Origin: a virus
Taxonomy: Duplodnaviria > Heunggongvirae > Uroviricota > Caudoviricetes
Length of the DNA stretch: 41,828 nt
Strand: one strand, 5' to 3'
Virus record (IMG/VR): IMGVR_UViG_2541047798_000006
The translations under genes were made by a program, and so were the position numbers. Positions within the stretch are counted from its first letter, which is position 1, and each line of letters starts with the position of its first letter. Below, piece by piece: positions 1-9,367 of this stretch. The notes beneath the pieces are model-generated. The model had not been told where the DNA came from and ran no database searches. It was given only the letters and a program-made list of their open reading frames with translations.

Positions 1-9
1 TTGTCTCCC

Positions 10-291
10 TCACATCCAGCCACGAAGTTGATGTTCAACTACAACCGCGTATTCATCGAATATTGACGATTTTTTTGCATCATTAATGATGCGCACGTTT
101 ACAAAATATCCATCTTCCTTAACACATACCGGTTCGCCATCTTCAGTCAGTTCTCCGGTTTCTTTGTACACGTTACCTATCACGTCAATAAGAATATCAT
201 CCTGCATCGACTCGTCATCATAATAGCCAATGCTATCCATAAAGGCCGAAAAGTCGGCCCTGTCTGCAAATTTGAGTGTTAAATCTTTCAT
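10..291 (-). CDS. hypothetical protein immediately downstream of side tail fibre gene (tfa position, not Tfa-like)
   Basis: 93-aa ORF; its start overlaps the stf stop at 291; acidic, no recognisable Tfa motifs. Confidence 0.45.
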   Translation of the reverse strand: MKDLTLKFADRADFSAFMDSIGYYDDESMQDDILIDVIGNVYKETGELTEDGEPVCVKEDGYFVNVRIINDAKKSSIFDEYAVVVEHQLRGWM

Positions 292-2663
292 TAGATTGAC
301 TCCCCCATCTGAGCATCAGTCAATGCCTTGTGCCATATTCTGAAATTCCTGACATGACCAAATAAATGACGCAACCCGGCTGTAGTCTGGCCTCCAATAC
401 GGATAATTGCGGAGTTCTGAATATAGGACCATGTGGCTTTCTTTTCGCTGGATATACGCCCGTTACTTACTGAGCACGTAGACTGATCTGACTTTACACG
501 CATCCCCATAACCATTTTTTCAAGCGATGCGTTTTCGTTTACCCGTCTGTTAGCCAAACCTATATCACAATAAGGAAATCCGTCGTAATCTGTTGAACGA
601 CCGAAGCCAAGAATAATAGCCGCTCCGGTTTGATGACCGCCGGTATCAAAAACACGCGGTGCTGCATTTGGCGTTTTATACCAGTTCTTATGTACCTCAC
701 AAAGAACCGTAAAAGGAAGATTATAAAGATTATTCTTAATTGGAACTGTAACTATATCGCTTGCGCGGGTCGCCGCCGTCGCTCCTGATATAATAAAAGA
801 TGATACACAAGGCCCATCTTCTACTTGTGGGGTGGCCAGATAAATATAGTCACCAGATACGGTTGCCCCGCTCTGCTTAGGAGAATACTGTATCTGAGAG
901 CCTATTTTTAACTCCCCATCAATTGCCTGAATTGTTGCCTCTGCAAAAATCCATCCGGTAGCTTCGTCCTTTCTGACTCTCGCTGTAATTCTTGAGGCAG
1001 CACCGCCTGTCATATTAATTTCAAGCGTTTGTGTATCAATATACGCATCACCAAGAAAAGTTGTTGCGCTACCGTCATATTTATCAAACCGGATACGCAA
1101 CCTTACCTGCAGTTCTGTTTTAAAACGACATGAGGTTGTCACGTGTTTATTATCGCCTGAGACATCAACTGACTTTGTTGCAGCAATTGATGCCATATTA
1201 ATGGCTGAGGTTTGCCCAATCAGAGAATCGTTGCAGACAAACTTTCCATAGGTAAAACCAAAATTATCCGTCCCTGTTTCGGGCACATCCATATTTGACG
1301 ATCGCCCCCAACTGGCAGGGCTTTCCGAATTGAGCATGTAGTTTGTTCTTTGCCCCTCAATAAGCAGGCCATCACGTTCAAATCGTGGCTCGTCAATGGC
1401 AGCCTCTGTCAGCACACCAGATTTGTTAATATAGGTTGCTTTCGATGCACGTTTAAACTTAACAATCTTGTCGCCAGGCATCGTTATTTCATCGTCACCA
1501 ATAACAATTTTTTTATATGATGGCGAAAAGCCCGTAATCATATCCAGCGAATCGTTAAATGGTATCCACACATCAGGCAGCGGCTGTAAGACATATTTAT
1601 ACGGCTCCGCAGCCTGGCTTGCGTACTCTCTGGCTGCATCTTCGCTTGCTTTAGCTGCCGTCTGGCTTGCTGCCGATGCTTTCGCTGAGTTCGCAGCCGC
1701 TGTTTCGCTCACCTTTGCGTTGGTTTCACTGGTTTTTGCTGCTTTTTGACTGTTAGCTGATGCAGTAGCAGAAGCAGCCGCCGCGCTTGCAGAACTGGCT
1801 GCGGCACTCTCGCTTTGGGCCGCTGCATCCTGACTGCTTTTCGCCGCAGTTTCACTGGCTTTGGCATTCGTTTCGCTGGTCTTCGCTGCCGTCTGGCTGG
1901 ACTTTGCGTTAGTTTCACTCGTCTTCGCAGCTTTCTGGCTGTTAGCCGCAGCAGTTGCTGATCCAGCTGCTGAAGTCGCAGAACCGGCTGCCGCGCTCTC
2001 GCTTTGGGCTGCTGCAACCTGGCTGTTTTTTGCCGCAGTTTCACTGGCTTTAGCATTCGTTTCGCTGGTCTTCGCTGCCGTCTGGCTGGACTTTGCGTTG
2101 GTTTCGCTCGTCTTTGCGGCTGTCTCGCTATTTTTCGCGTTGGTTTCTGATTTTTTAGCTGCTGTTGCGGAGTTTGCCGATGCAGTCTGCGAGGCCGCTG
2201 CCGCCTGTGCGCTGTTAGCTGCATTCGTTTCTGAGGTTTTCGCCGCGTTCTTCGATGATGCCGCTGCAGTTTCGGATTTCTTTGCCGCCGCTGCGCTCTG
2301 AGAGGCGGCTTCAGCGTTGCGTGCCGCTTCTTCCACCATCTGCTCAAAGCGGCGCAGTGCCTCCGGTCGGACATCATCCTCCGTCATGGCACCGAGAAAA
2401 TCATTCAGCGTACCTGGTCTGGAACCTTCATAGACGGTAATGGTCCCGGCATGTGAAGGCGGAAAACCTTCAACCAGCAGGGTGACGCTGTACTGACCAT
2501 GCTCAACATCCATGCTGTAACGTCCGGCTTCATCCGGATTTTCAGAGGCCACCGTGTTCACCACCACCGTGCTGCTGGTTCGTCTGGCCTTCAGCACAAT
2601 GGTGCAGTTCTGTACTGGTTTTCCTGTGCCATCTTTAAGCACGCCAGAAATTTTTACTGTCAT
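291..2663 (-). CDS. stf: side tail fibre protein, lambda Stf-like N-terminus with Ala/Ser/Thr-rich repeat shaft and a different C-terminal domain
   Basis: N-terminus MTVKISGVLKDGTGKPVQNCTIVLKA...GFPPSHAGTITVYEG matches lambda Stf from memory; C-terminus ends ...HVRNFRIWHKALTDAQM, a lectin/LamG-like signature. Confidence 0.85.
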   Translation of the reverse strand: MTVKISGVLKDGTGKPVQNCTIVLKARRTSSTVVVNTVASENPDEAGRYSMDVEHGQYSVTLLVEGFPPSHAGTITVYEGSRPGTLNDFLGAMTEDDVRPEALRRFEQMVEEAARNAEAASQSAAAAKKSETAAASSKNAAKTSETNAANSAQAAAASQTASANSATAAKKSETNAKNSETAAKTSETNAKSSQTAAKTSETNAKASETAAKNSQVAAAQSESAAAGSATSAAGSATAAANSQKAAKTSETNAKSSQTAAKTSETNAKASETAAKSSQDAAAQSESAAASSASAAAASATASANSQKAAKTSETNAKVSETAAANSAKASAASQTAAKASEDAAREYASQAAEPYKYVLQPLPDVWIPFNDSLDMITGFSPSYKKIVIGDDEITMPGDKIVKFKRASKATYINKSGVLTEAAIDEPRFERDGLLIEGQRTNYMLNSESPASWGRSSNMDVPETGTDNFGFTYGKFVCNDSLIGQTSAINMASIAATKSVDVSGDNKHVTTSCRFKTELQVRLRIRFDKYDGSATTFLGDAYIDTQTLEINMTGGAASRITARVRKDEATGWIFAEATIQAIDGELKIGSQIQYSPKQSGATVSGDYIYLATPQVEDGPCVSSFIISGATAATRASDIVTVPIKNNLYNLPFTVLCEVHKNWYKTPNAAPRVFDTGGHQTGAAIILGFGRSTDYDGFPYCDIGLANRRVNENASLEKMVMGMRVKSDQSTCSVSNGRISSEKKATWSYIQNSAIIRIGGQTTAGLRHLFGHVRNFRIWHKALTDAQMGESI
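1620..2330. repeat. intragenic tandem repeats in stf shaft (about 189-nt period, with roughly 30-nt sub-repeats)
   Basis: near-identical DNA blocks starting at about 1801 and 1990; protein shows reiterated AKTSETNAKSSQTAAKTSETNAKASETAAK. Confidence 0.7.
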
Positions 2664-2674
2664 ACTTTTCCACC

Positions 2675-2708
2675 AATAAAAAAAGCCCGCAGCAGTGACG
2701 CCACGGGC
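2675..2708 (-). terminator. candidate intrinsic terminator after lom
   Basis: - strand reads gcccg...cgggc stem followed by T8. Confidence 0.5.
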
Positions 2709-2814
2709 TTCAGGACAGTGTAACTTTACGTTTCCTCAAACGCAGTTCACCCCATAAGGTGGATGAACCTGCGTATCATAACAATATTTACAGAAGATAA
2801 ATCGGCGTCTGTTG

Positions 2815-3414
2815 TCAGAAACGGTATCCGATACCAACAATAAATGCATCCGTTCGCCAGTCGCCACTGCCGGAGCCTTCATAAGCAATATCAATGGCCA
2901 CGGATTCGGTCGGGTTAAACTGCACGCCAGCCCCCCACGCCAGAGACGTGTTGCTGTGGCGACCGTCATCACTTCCGGTCAGCACATCGTGCGTTTTCCC
3001 CGTATTGTCGGTCACCTGCAGATAATCCCCGGAGAAAGTCGACACACGGCTGTAAGCCACACCCGCCATCGCATACGCGCTGAACCATTCATTCACGCGC
3101 ACAGACGGCCCCGCCATCACGCTGAACCAGCGGTTACGCACGGAATCTTCATGCCAGCGGGTATCGCTGTAATGCGTTTTTTGCTCATCTTCAGCGTTGG
3201 CATAACTGAATGACGTAATCAGCCCCAGCGTGTCCGTAAACTCATAACGGTATTTCACGTTAATCCCGTTCAGATTATCGCTGCCGGGAGCGTTCGTACG
3301 GGCATGAAGATACCCTGCGCTCAGTGTGGCCTGCTGCTCAGACGCCCATGCAGGCGCACCGGATACGGCCAGACAGATGGCTGCGGACAAAATGGCTGCA
3401 CAAACTTTACGCAT
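2815..3414 (-). CDS. lom: Lom outer membrane protein (Ail/Lom family)
   Basis: 199 aa; signal peptide; ...[24 protein letters not shown]-terminus as in lambda Lom. Confidence 0.9.
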   Translation of the reverse strand: MRKVCAAILSAAICLAVSGAPAWASEQQATLSAGYLHARTNAPGSDNLNGINVKYRYEFTDTLGLITSFSYANAEDEQKTHYSDTRWHEDSVRNRWFSVMAGPSVRVNEWFSAYAMAGVAYSRVSTFSGDYLQVTDNTGKTHDVLTGSDDGRHSNTSLAWGAGVQFNPTESVAIDIAYEGSGSGDWRTDAFIVGIGYRF

Positions 3415-3435
3415 AATTACCTCTCGCTTTTCTGC

Positions 3436-3462
3436 AATAAAAAAGGCACCATTTCTGGTGCC
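3436..3462 (-). terminator. candidate intrinsic terminator after J
   Basis: - strand ggcacc-agaaat-ggtgcc followed by T6, between J stop and lom start. Confidence 0.5.
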
Positions 3463-3481
3463 CGTATCTGGGTTATAAAAT

Positions 3482-6400
3482 TCAGCTAATCGTGATGCCT
3501 GTAGTGGCTTTCTTCATCACCACAACCAGCAAATCGCTGATACTTGCTGTGGGATACCAGTTATTTACCAGCCATGCTGACACCGAAAACTCCAGTGTCA
3601 TGTGACCGTGACCGGCAGGCATATCAATAACGCCACTGTAAATCAGCGTATTATCCAGCGCGGTACGGTTATAAATTTCAGCACCGTTTTTCCGCACTAT
3701 CAGACGGCATGAGGAGTAAATATCAGTATGCTCTTTCTCATGTTTAGCGCCGCTGAATGCCACCGCCGGAATAACAATCTGCCGGTCAAACGGCTGATCG
3801 TCATAAACCCTGACGGTAATGGTTCCTGATGGCCACCGCTCCGGTGCACGGGAGTCCCGGGGGAAAGCTTTGCCCACTGTTTTAACGAGATCGCCTTCAA
3901 TCTGGTTCGCGGACAATTTTCCCAGAACCCGACAGTTCTCGTTAATCGTGACGTTGTTGAGCGTCCCGGAGTTCGCATTCACGTTACCGCTGATATCGGC
4001 ATTTTTCGCCGTCAGCCGCCCGTCCGGTGTCAGGGAAAATGCCGGAGGATTACCGCCGCTGGTAATGGTGGGGGCCGTCAGGCGTTTCAGGAACACTTCA
4101 TTCATGAATATCTGATCGCCCTGACCAACAAACATCGGCTTTGTGTTGCCATTCGCAGGATTAATCATCGCAATCCTGTCTGCTGCCAGCAGCACCTGAC
4201 TCTGCATGCCGTCAGGGGTGTTCTCAATACCGGCACCGATACCCGCAATATAAAGGCGTCCGTCCTGCATCTGCTGCAGCTTCACTGCCCACATGCTGTT
4301 CAGGTTATTATTTGTATCAACCTGAACCTTCTGTATCTGCTGGATCGCTGCACTCTGGTCTTCCAGTTTCTTATTGACGGTCTGTGTTATTTCATTGCTG
4401 ACATCCGTTATGGACGTCCTGATTTCAGTCAGGTCAGGCGCAAGCTGACCGTTATCAATCTGCGTCCACAGCTCCTGAGCCAGATGGGTTTTCCCTATCT
4501 CGCCTTTGAAAAAATCCAGATAGCCTGATGCATCATCACTCGGCTGACCGACAGCCTCCACGAATGCCGATTTGCCAACGGTGTTCACACTGCGAACGTA
4601 AAAATAATAATCATGGCCCGGTTTGATATTGATACTGGCGGCTATCCAGTACAGTGCCGTACCAAGATAACGCGCGCTGGTTTCAACCTGCCTGATATCC
4701 GCAATCCGTTTTTCCGAGAACCAGAACTCAAACTGTACCGTCGGATCATAAACCGCAAGATGCGGCGTGGCGGTTATCTGAAAATAGCCCGGCGTCAGCT
4801 CAATCCGCGACGGTGCTGCCGGTGCGGCAATCCGGAATGATACCGACGCCGGATCACCCTGCTGCCCCCAGGCATTTACCGCCCTGACTGTCAGCCTGTA
4901 GTTTCCCAGCGCCAGTTGCCTGAAGCGGTATGTGGTTTCCGTCGTCCGGGCCGTGCTGACCAGCCGCTCACTGCCGTCATCCGCTGCCACGGTCAGGCGA
5001 AGCATAAAGCTCACCCCCTTCACCACCTTCGGCGTATCCCAGCGCGCCAGCACCTGGTATTCCCCGCTGTCTGCGGTGACTTCTGCGGTCAGGTGCTGCA
5101 CTGCTGGCGGCGTGACACCGTTCACCGTTCCGCTCTGGTCGCCGTCAAAGTGCGCCCCGTTATCCACGATGGCTTCTTTCTCCGGCACATGCTGCACGGC
5201 AGTGATGGCATACGTGCCGTCATCGTTCTCACGGATACTCACACAGCGGAACAGGCGCTGGCGCAGCGTCGGCAGCTTCAGCCCCCATACGCTGTATTCG
5301 GCAACACCGTCAGGAACACGGCTCACTTTTACCTTCACGCCGTCGGTGACGGACTGAACCTCCACGCTGACCGGATTGCCACTTCCGTCAACCAGGCTTA
5401 TCAGCGTGGTACCGGAGGATGGCAGCGTGATTTCACGGTCGAGCGTCAGTGTCCGCGTCTGGCTGTTCACCGCCAGCACGCGCCCGCCGATGCTGATACC
5501 CGCATAGTCATCATCACAGATTTCAATGACATCGCCCGGTACATGGCGAAGCCCTTCTGCACCCACGCTGAAGTCCACGGTCTGCGTTTCCAGCAGCTCC
5601 GTTTTAATCAGCCACAGCCCGGCGCGGTGTGCCTGCCCCCGGCTGGTACAGCCAAAGGCATCCATCTTCGTGACGTTACGACCGTAACGGAGAATGGCCT
5701 GCGTATCTTCAACAAGCTCTGTCGCCGTCTCCCAGCCGTTATTCGGGTCAATCCAGTTCACCTCAACGGCATTATGGCGGTCCTTCAGGGCGCTGAAGCT
5801 GTAGCGGAACGGCGCGCCATCATCCGGCATCACCACATTACTGCGGTTATAGGTCCACACCTTATCCGACGGTCGGTCCTGCACGAACGTCAGCGTCTGC
5901 CCGTTCCATACCGGCATACAGCGCATCGCCGAGCAGAAATCACTGAGAACATCCCACGCCTTACGCTGTGTGGTCAGGTAGGCATTACAGGTGATGCGCG
6001 GCTCCGTGCCACCAAAGCCATCCGGCACTGACTGATCGCAATACTGGCCGATGACATACAGCGCCCATTTGTCCACATCCGCCGCACCAAGACGTTTCCC
6101 CATGCCGTAGCGCGGGTGGGTCAGCATATCCCACAGACACCAGGCCATGTTGTTGCTGTATGCCGGTTTAAACGTCCCGTCCCAGATACCGCTGTATTGC
6201 CGCGTCTGCGGGTTATAGTTCGATGGCACCTGCAGAATGCGCCCGCGAAGATGATAATTACGGCTCACCTGCTGGCTGCCGAACTGTTCCGAGTCCACCT
6301 GCACGCCGACCAGTGCCGTGTTCGGGTAGCACTGTTTCACATCGATGATTTCAGTGTATGACGACCAGAGCGTTTTGTTCTGCAGCTGGTCTGTGGTGCT

Positions 6401-6961
6401 GTCCGGCGTCATCCTGCGCATCCGGATATTGAACGGTCGCGGCGGCAGGTTATCCACCACCACCGAGGCCAGATACTGCGACGTGGTTTTGCCCTTAATG
6501 GTGATGTCTTTTTCCGTCACCCAGCCACCGTTACGTTGTATCTGAACCAGCAGGCGGACTTCCGACGGATTCCGGTCACCCTTTGAGGTGGTTTCCACCA
6601 GTGCCTGCACACCGAAGGTAAAGCGCAGACGGTCGATGTTTGCAGACGTGATGGTCCGGGTGATCGGCGTGTCGTATTTCACTTCCGTACCCAGCACCGT
6701 CTCGGAACCGGAGGATTCAAATCCCTCCGGCGGTGTCTGCTCCTGCTCACCTGCCCGGAACACCACCGTGACACCGGAGATGTTGGTATTCCCCTCACTG
6801 TCCAGCACCGGTGTACTGTTCAGCAGCACGCTTTTTAATCCATCCACCGGACCTTCAACCGGCCCTTCGCTGATGGCATCGATCACACTCAGCAACTGCG
6901 TGGACTTCAGGTTGTCCTTCGCTTCGCGCGGGGTATGCCCCTTACTGCTTCCTTTACCCAT
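3482..6961 (-). CDS. J: central tail fibre / host specificity protein J
   Basis: 1159 aa; C-terminus ...[42 protein letters not shown] matches the lambda J LamB-binding end from memory. Confidence 0.95.
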   Translation of the reverse strand: MGKGSSKGHTPREAKDNLKSTQLLSVIDAISEGPVEGPVDGLKSVLLNSTPVLDSEGNTNISGVTVVFRAGEQEQTPPEGFESSGSETVLGTEVKYDTPITRTITSANIDRLRFTFGVQALVETTSKGDRNPSEVRLLVQIQRNGGWVTEKDITIKGKTTSQYLASVVVDNLPPRPFNIRMRRMTPDSTTDQLQNKTLWSSYTEIIDVKQCYPNTALVGVQVDSEQFGSQQVSRNYHLRGRILQVPSNYNPQTRQYSGIWDGTFKPAYSNNMAWCLWDMLTHPRYGMGKRLGAADVDKWALYVIGQYCDQSVPDGFGGTEPRITCNAYLTTQRKAWDVLSDFCSAMRCMPVWNGQTLTFVQDRPSDKVWTYNRSNVVMPDDGAPFRYSFSALKDRHNAVEVNWIDPNNGWETATELVEDTQAILRYGRNVTKMDAFGCTSRGQAHRAGLWLIKTELLETQTVDFSVGAEGLRHVPGDVIEICDDDYAGISIGGRVLAVNSQTRTLTLDREITLPSSGTTLISLVDGSGNPVSVEVQSVTDGVKVKVSRVPDGVAEYSVWGLKLPTLRQRLFRCVSIRENDDGTYAITAVQHVPEKEAIVDNGAHFDGDQSGTVNGVTPPAVQHLTAEVTADSGEYQVLARWDTPKVVKGVSFMLRLTVAADDGSERLVSTARTTETTYRFRQLALGNYRLTVRAVNAWGQQGDPASVSFRIAAPAAPSRIELTPGYFQITATPHLAVYDPTVQFEFWFSEKRIADIRQVETSARYLGTALYWIAASINIKPGHDYYFYVRSVNTVGKSAFVEAVGQPSDDASGYLDFFKGEIGKTHLAQELWTQIDNGQLAPDLTEIRTSITDVSNEITQTVNKKLEDQSAAIQQIQKVQVDTNNNLNSMWAVKLQQMQDGRLYIAGIGAGIENTPDGMQSQVLLAADRIAMINPANGNTKPMFVGQGDQIFMNEVFLKRLTAPTITSGGNPPAFSLTPDGRLTAKNADISGNVNANSGTLNNVTINENCRVLGKLSANQIEGDLVKTVGKAFPRDSRAPERWPSGTITVRVYDDQPFDRQIVIPAVAFSGAKHEKEHTDIYSSCRLIVRKNGAEIYNRTALDNTLIYSGVIDMPAGHGHMTLEFSVSAWLVNNWYPTASISDLLVVVMKKATTGITIS

Positions 6962-7021
6962 TCCTCACGCTCCATAAATGACAAAACCGCCCGCAGGCGG
7001 TTTCACATAAAACATTTTGCA

Positions 7022-7693
7022 TCAGCGACCAATCACCACAACCTGACCACCGTCCCCTTCGTCTGCCGTGCTGATCTCCTGAGAAACCACGCGTGACCCC
7101 ACGCGCATTTCCCCGTACAGAACAGGCAGAACATTGCCCTGGGCAACCATGTTATCCAGTGAGGAGAAATAGGTGTTCTGCTTACCGTTATCCGTTGTCT
7201 GTGTACGGGGAGTTCTGGCTTTCGGTGCCAGCATCTGCGCCACACCACCGAGCACCATACTGGCACCGAGAGAAAACAGGATGCCGGTCATACCACCGGC
7301 CCCAATGGCTGCCCCCCATGCTGCAAGGGTGGCTCCGGCGGTAAAGAATGATCCGGCAATGGCGGCAGCCCCCAGGACAATCTGGAATACGCCACCTGAC
7401 TTGGCCCCGGCGACTCTGGGAACAATATGAATCACAGCGCCATCAGGCAGAGTCTCATGTAACTGCGCCGTTAACCCGGACGTGCTGACGTACCGCCCGG
7501 CAATCCGTACCTGATACCAGCCGTCGCTCAGTTTCTGACGAAACGCAGGGAGCTGTGTGGCCAGCGCCCGGATGGCTTCGGCCCCCGTTTTCACACGAAG
7601 GTCGATGCGGCGGCCAAATCGTTGTAAATCCCCGTAAAGGCAGATGCGTGCCATGCCCGGTGACGCCAGAGGGAGTGTGTGCGTCGCTGCCAT
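7022..7693 (-). CDS. I: tail assembly protein I
   Basis: 223 aa, MAATHTLPLASPGMARICLYGDLQRFG... Confidence 0.9.
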   Translation of the reverse strand: MAATHTLPLASPGMARICLYGDLQRFGRRIDLRVKTGAEAIRALATQLPAFRQKLSDGWYQVRIAGRYVSTSGLTAQLHETLPDGAVIHIVPRVAGAKSGGVFQIVLGAAAIAGSFFTAGATLAAWGAAIGAGGMTGILFSLGASMVLGGVAQMLAPKARTPRTQTTDNGKQNTYFSSLDNMVAQGNVLPVLYGEMRVGSRVVSQEISTADEGDGGQVVVIGR

Positions 7694-8334
7694 TTGTCGG
7701 TATACCTCTCTCGTTTGCTCAGTTGTTCAGGAATATGGTGCAGCAGCTCGCCGTCACCACAGTAAATGGCGGCATGATTCGGCACAGATGAACCAAAACA
7801 GCACAGCAGCACATCGCCCGGCTGCGCCGCTGACAGCGGCACCTGATACAGCCCTGCGGCCTCCAGATTATCCAGATAGAGATTCTGACCGTTACGCCAC
7901 CAGTCATCCTCACGATGAAAATCCGGCATCTCAATCCCCGCCAGATGGTAAGCATCCCGGAACAGCGTGTAACAGTCCGTCACCCCGTGCTCAAAGAGCC
8001 GCCCGGTGAGATGCGGCACACAGCGGAATTTATGAATCGCCCCCCGGCAGACCAGCCACCACGGCAAATCACTCTGCACCTGCAACCGCCGGTCGGCCTC
8101 ACTCAGCCAGGGCAGACCACCGGGATGGCTGTGCACCAGCGCCACAATCTCACCCTGCATTTCTGCCCGCAGCCAGTCCTCCGGCGACATCCGGAAATAC
8201 GCCTCCGGCTCACCGGAGATATTTACGCAGGGAAGATATCTGTCTCCCTCCGGCGTTCTCACCACAAAGCCGCACGACTCCGCTGGCGCACATCGCCGGG
8301 CGTGCGCCAGAATCGCTGATTCTGTCTCTGTCAT
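7591..8334 (-). CDS. K: tail assembly protein K (JAB/MPN plus NlpC/P60-like)
   Basis: 247-aa ORF, HSHPGG motif; 3' end overlaps I by about 100 nt. Confidence 0.85.
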   Translation of the reverse strand: MTETESAILAHARRCAPAESCGFVVRTPEGDRYLPCVNISGEPEAYFRMSPEDWLRAEMQGEIVALVHSHPGGLPWLSEADRRLQVQSDLPWWLVCRGAIHKFRCVPHLTGRLFEHGVTDCYTLFRDAYHLAGIEMPDFHREDDWWRNGQNLYLDNLEAAGLYQVPLSAAQPGDVLLCCFGSSVPNHAAIYCGDGELLHHIPEQLSKRERYTDKWQRRTHSLWRHRAWHASAFTGIYNDLAAASTFV

Positions 8335-8339
8335 GGGAT

Positions 8340-9038
8340 TTACTGCGAAAGTTTGTCAATGGAAAGGAAGCCGCCAAAGTTGCCGACGTTATTGCGAAAC
8401 TTACAGCCACTCAGGCATTTGCTGCATTTATCCTTCGTGATATCGGTTGTCGGCTGGTCATATTCATCCGCGACAGCCGGACCGTGATAACCGCACTCAT
8501 CACCGCGATAGGTCCAGGTGCAGGTGTTGGCCAGCATGATACGTCCCGGAAAAACAGCGCCATCCGTTTCCGTCGGCGTGGACAGTACAAAGGAGGCACT
8601 GACCGCGCTCAGTTCGCTGCACTGCTCGATGCGCCAGCGGCTGATCACCTCCTGCTCCGGATCGGCGTCGCTGTTTCCGTTGACGAAGTTCACCGCATCC
8701 AGAAAACGGGCATAAACCTTACGCCTGACCACCGTTCCGCCGACCAGACTCTGCAGGTCTTCCGCCATCCCGGTGACCATACCGTACAGGTTAGAAACCG
8801 TCAGCGTGGGGCGCGTACTGGTACCTTTGCCATTCAGTTCGAAACCACTCCCCTGAATGGGATACGCCTGATACTGTCGCCCCTGCCAGGTGACCGGCTC
8901 ACCTTTTTCGTTCTGCTCATTACAGAAAAAATAACGTTCTCCACCAACCTCTGTCAGATCGATTTCCCAGAGCACCACGCAGGCAGACTGCTCCGCACGG
9001 GTGCATTCATTCAGTGTTTCCTGTCGGATATCCTGCAT
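8340..9038 (-). CDS. L: tail tip protein L
   Basis: 232 aa, lambda L-like. Confidence 0.9.
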   Translation of the reverse strand: MQDIRQETLNECTRAEQSACVVLWEIDLTEVGGERYFFCNEQNEKGEPVTWQGRQYQAYPIQGSGFELNGKGTSTRPTLTVSNLYGMVTGMAEDLQSLVGGTVVRRKVYARFLDAVNFVNGNSDADPEQEVISRWRIEQCSELSAVSASFVLSTPTETDGAVFPGRIMLANTCTWTYRGDECGYHGPAVADEYDQPTTDITKDKCSKCLSGCKFRNNVGNFGGFLSIDKLSQ

Positions 9039-9367
9039 CAGTTCACCACCTGTTCAAACTCTGCGCTGAACTCAACACGCAACATACTGACCCGCGACGA
9101 CCATTTTGCGCAGGTCACCTTTATCTGCCGCCAGTCATAAGGCGGCGTCCACAGAAAGGCTTTCCAGCCTCCGTGCTCTGCCAGAAACGATTCCAACGCC
9201 GTGGCCTCCCAACGGGGGACAGAAATCGTCACGCTGTACGTTTTCAGGTTGGCATTCAGCCCGGCAGGCGCGCGCTGGGAATAGCCATCACCAAAGCGCA
9301 CCTTCCTGACGGAAGGAGCCGAAGCCACATCCATACCGGGTTTCACTTTCCAGCGGAAGGTTTTCAT
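9038..9367 (-). CDS. M: tail tip protein M
   Basis: 109 aa, lambda M-like. Confidence 0.9.
   Translation of the reverse strand: MKTFRWKVKPGMDVASAPSVRKVRFGDGYSQRAPAGLNANLKTYSVTISVPRWEATALESFLAEHGGWKAFLWTPPYDWRQIKVTCAKWSSRVSMLRVEFSAEFEQVVN

Noticed and set aside
1620-2330. Possible CRISPR array suggested by regular repeats
   Set aside because: Repeats are in frame within stf, units are ~189 nt without unique spacers, and there are no cas genes.
1468-2377. ORFs 1468..1749 (+), 1861..2301 (+) and 1709..2377 (-) with Ala/Leu- or Arg/Gln-rich translations
   Set aside because: Alternative-frame artefacts of the repetitive stf shaft region.
4916-6031. 371-aa + strand ORF, and other + strand ORFs between 3300 and 7000
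   Set aside because: Antisense to J in GC-rich DNA; Arg/His-rich low-complexity translation; J fully accounts for the region.
7591-7693. Overlap of about 100 nt between K and I, as a possible frameshift or fusion
   Set aside because: Both ORFs are individually intact; I cannot confirm the lambda K length from memory, so no anomaly is claimed.
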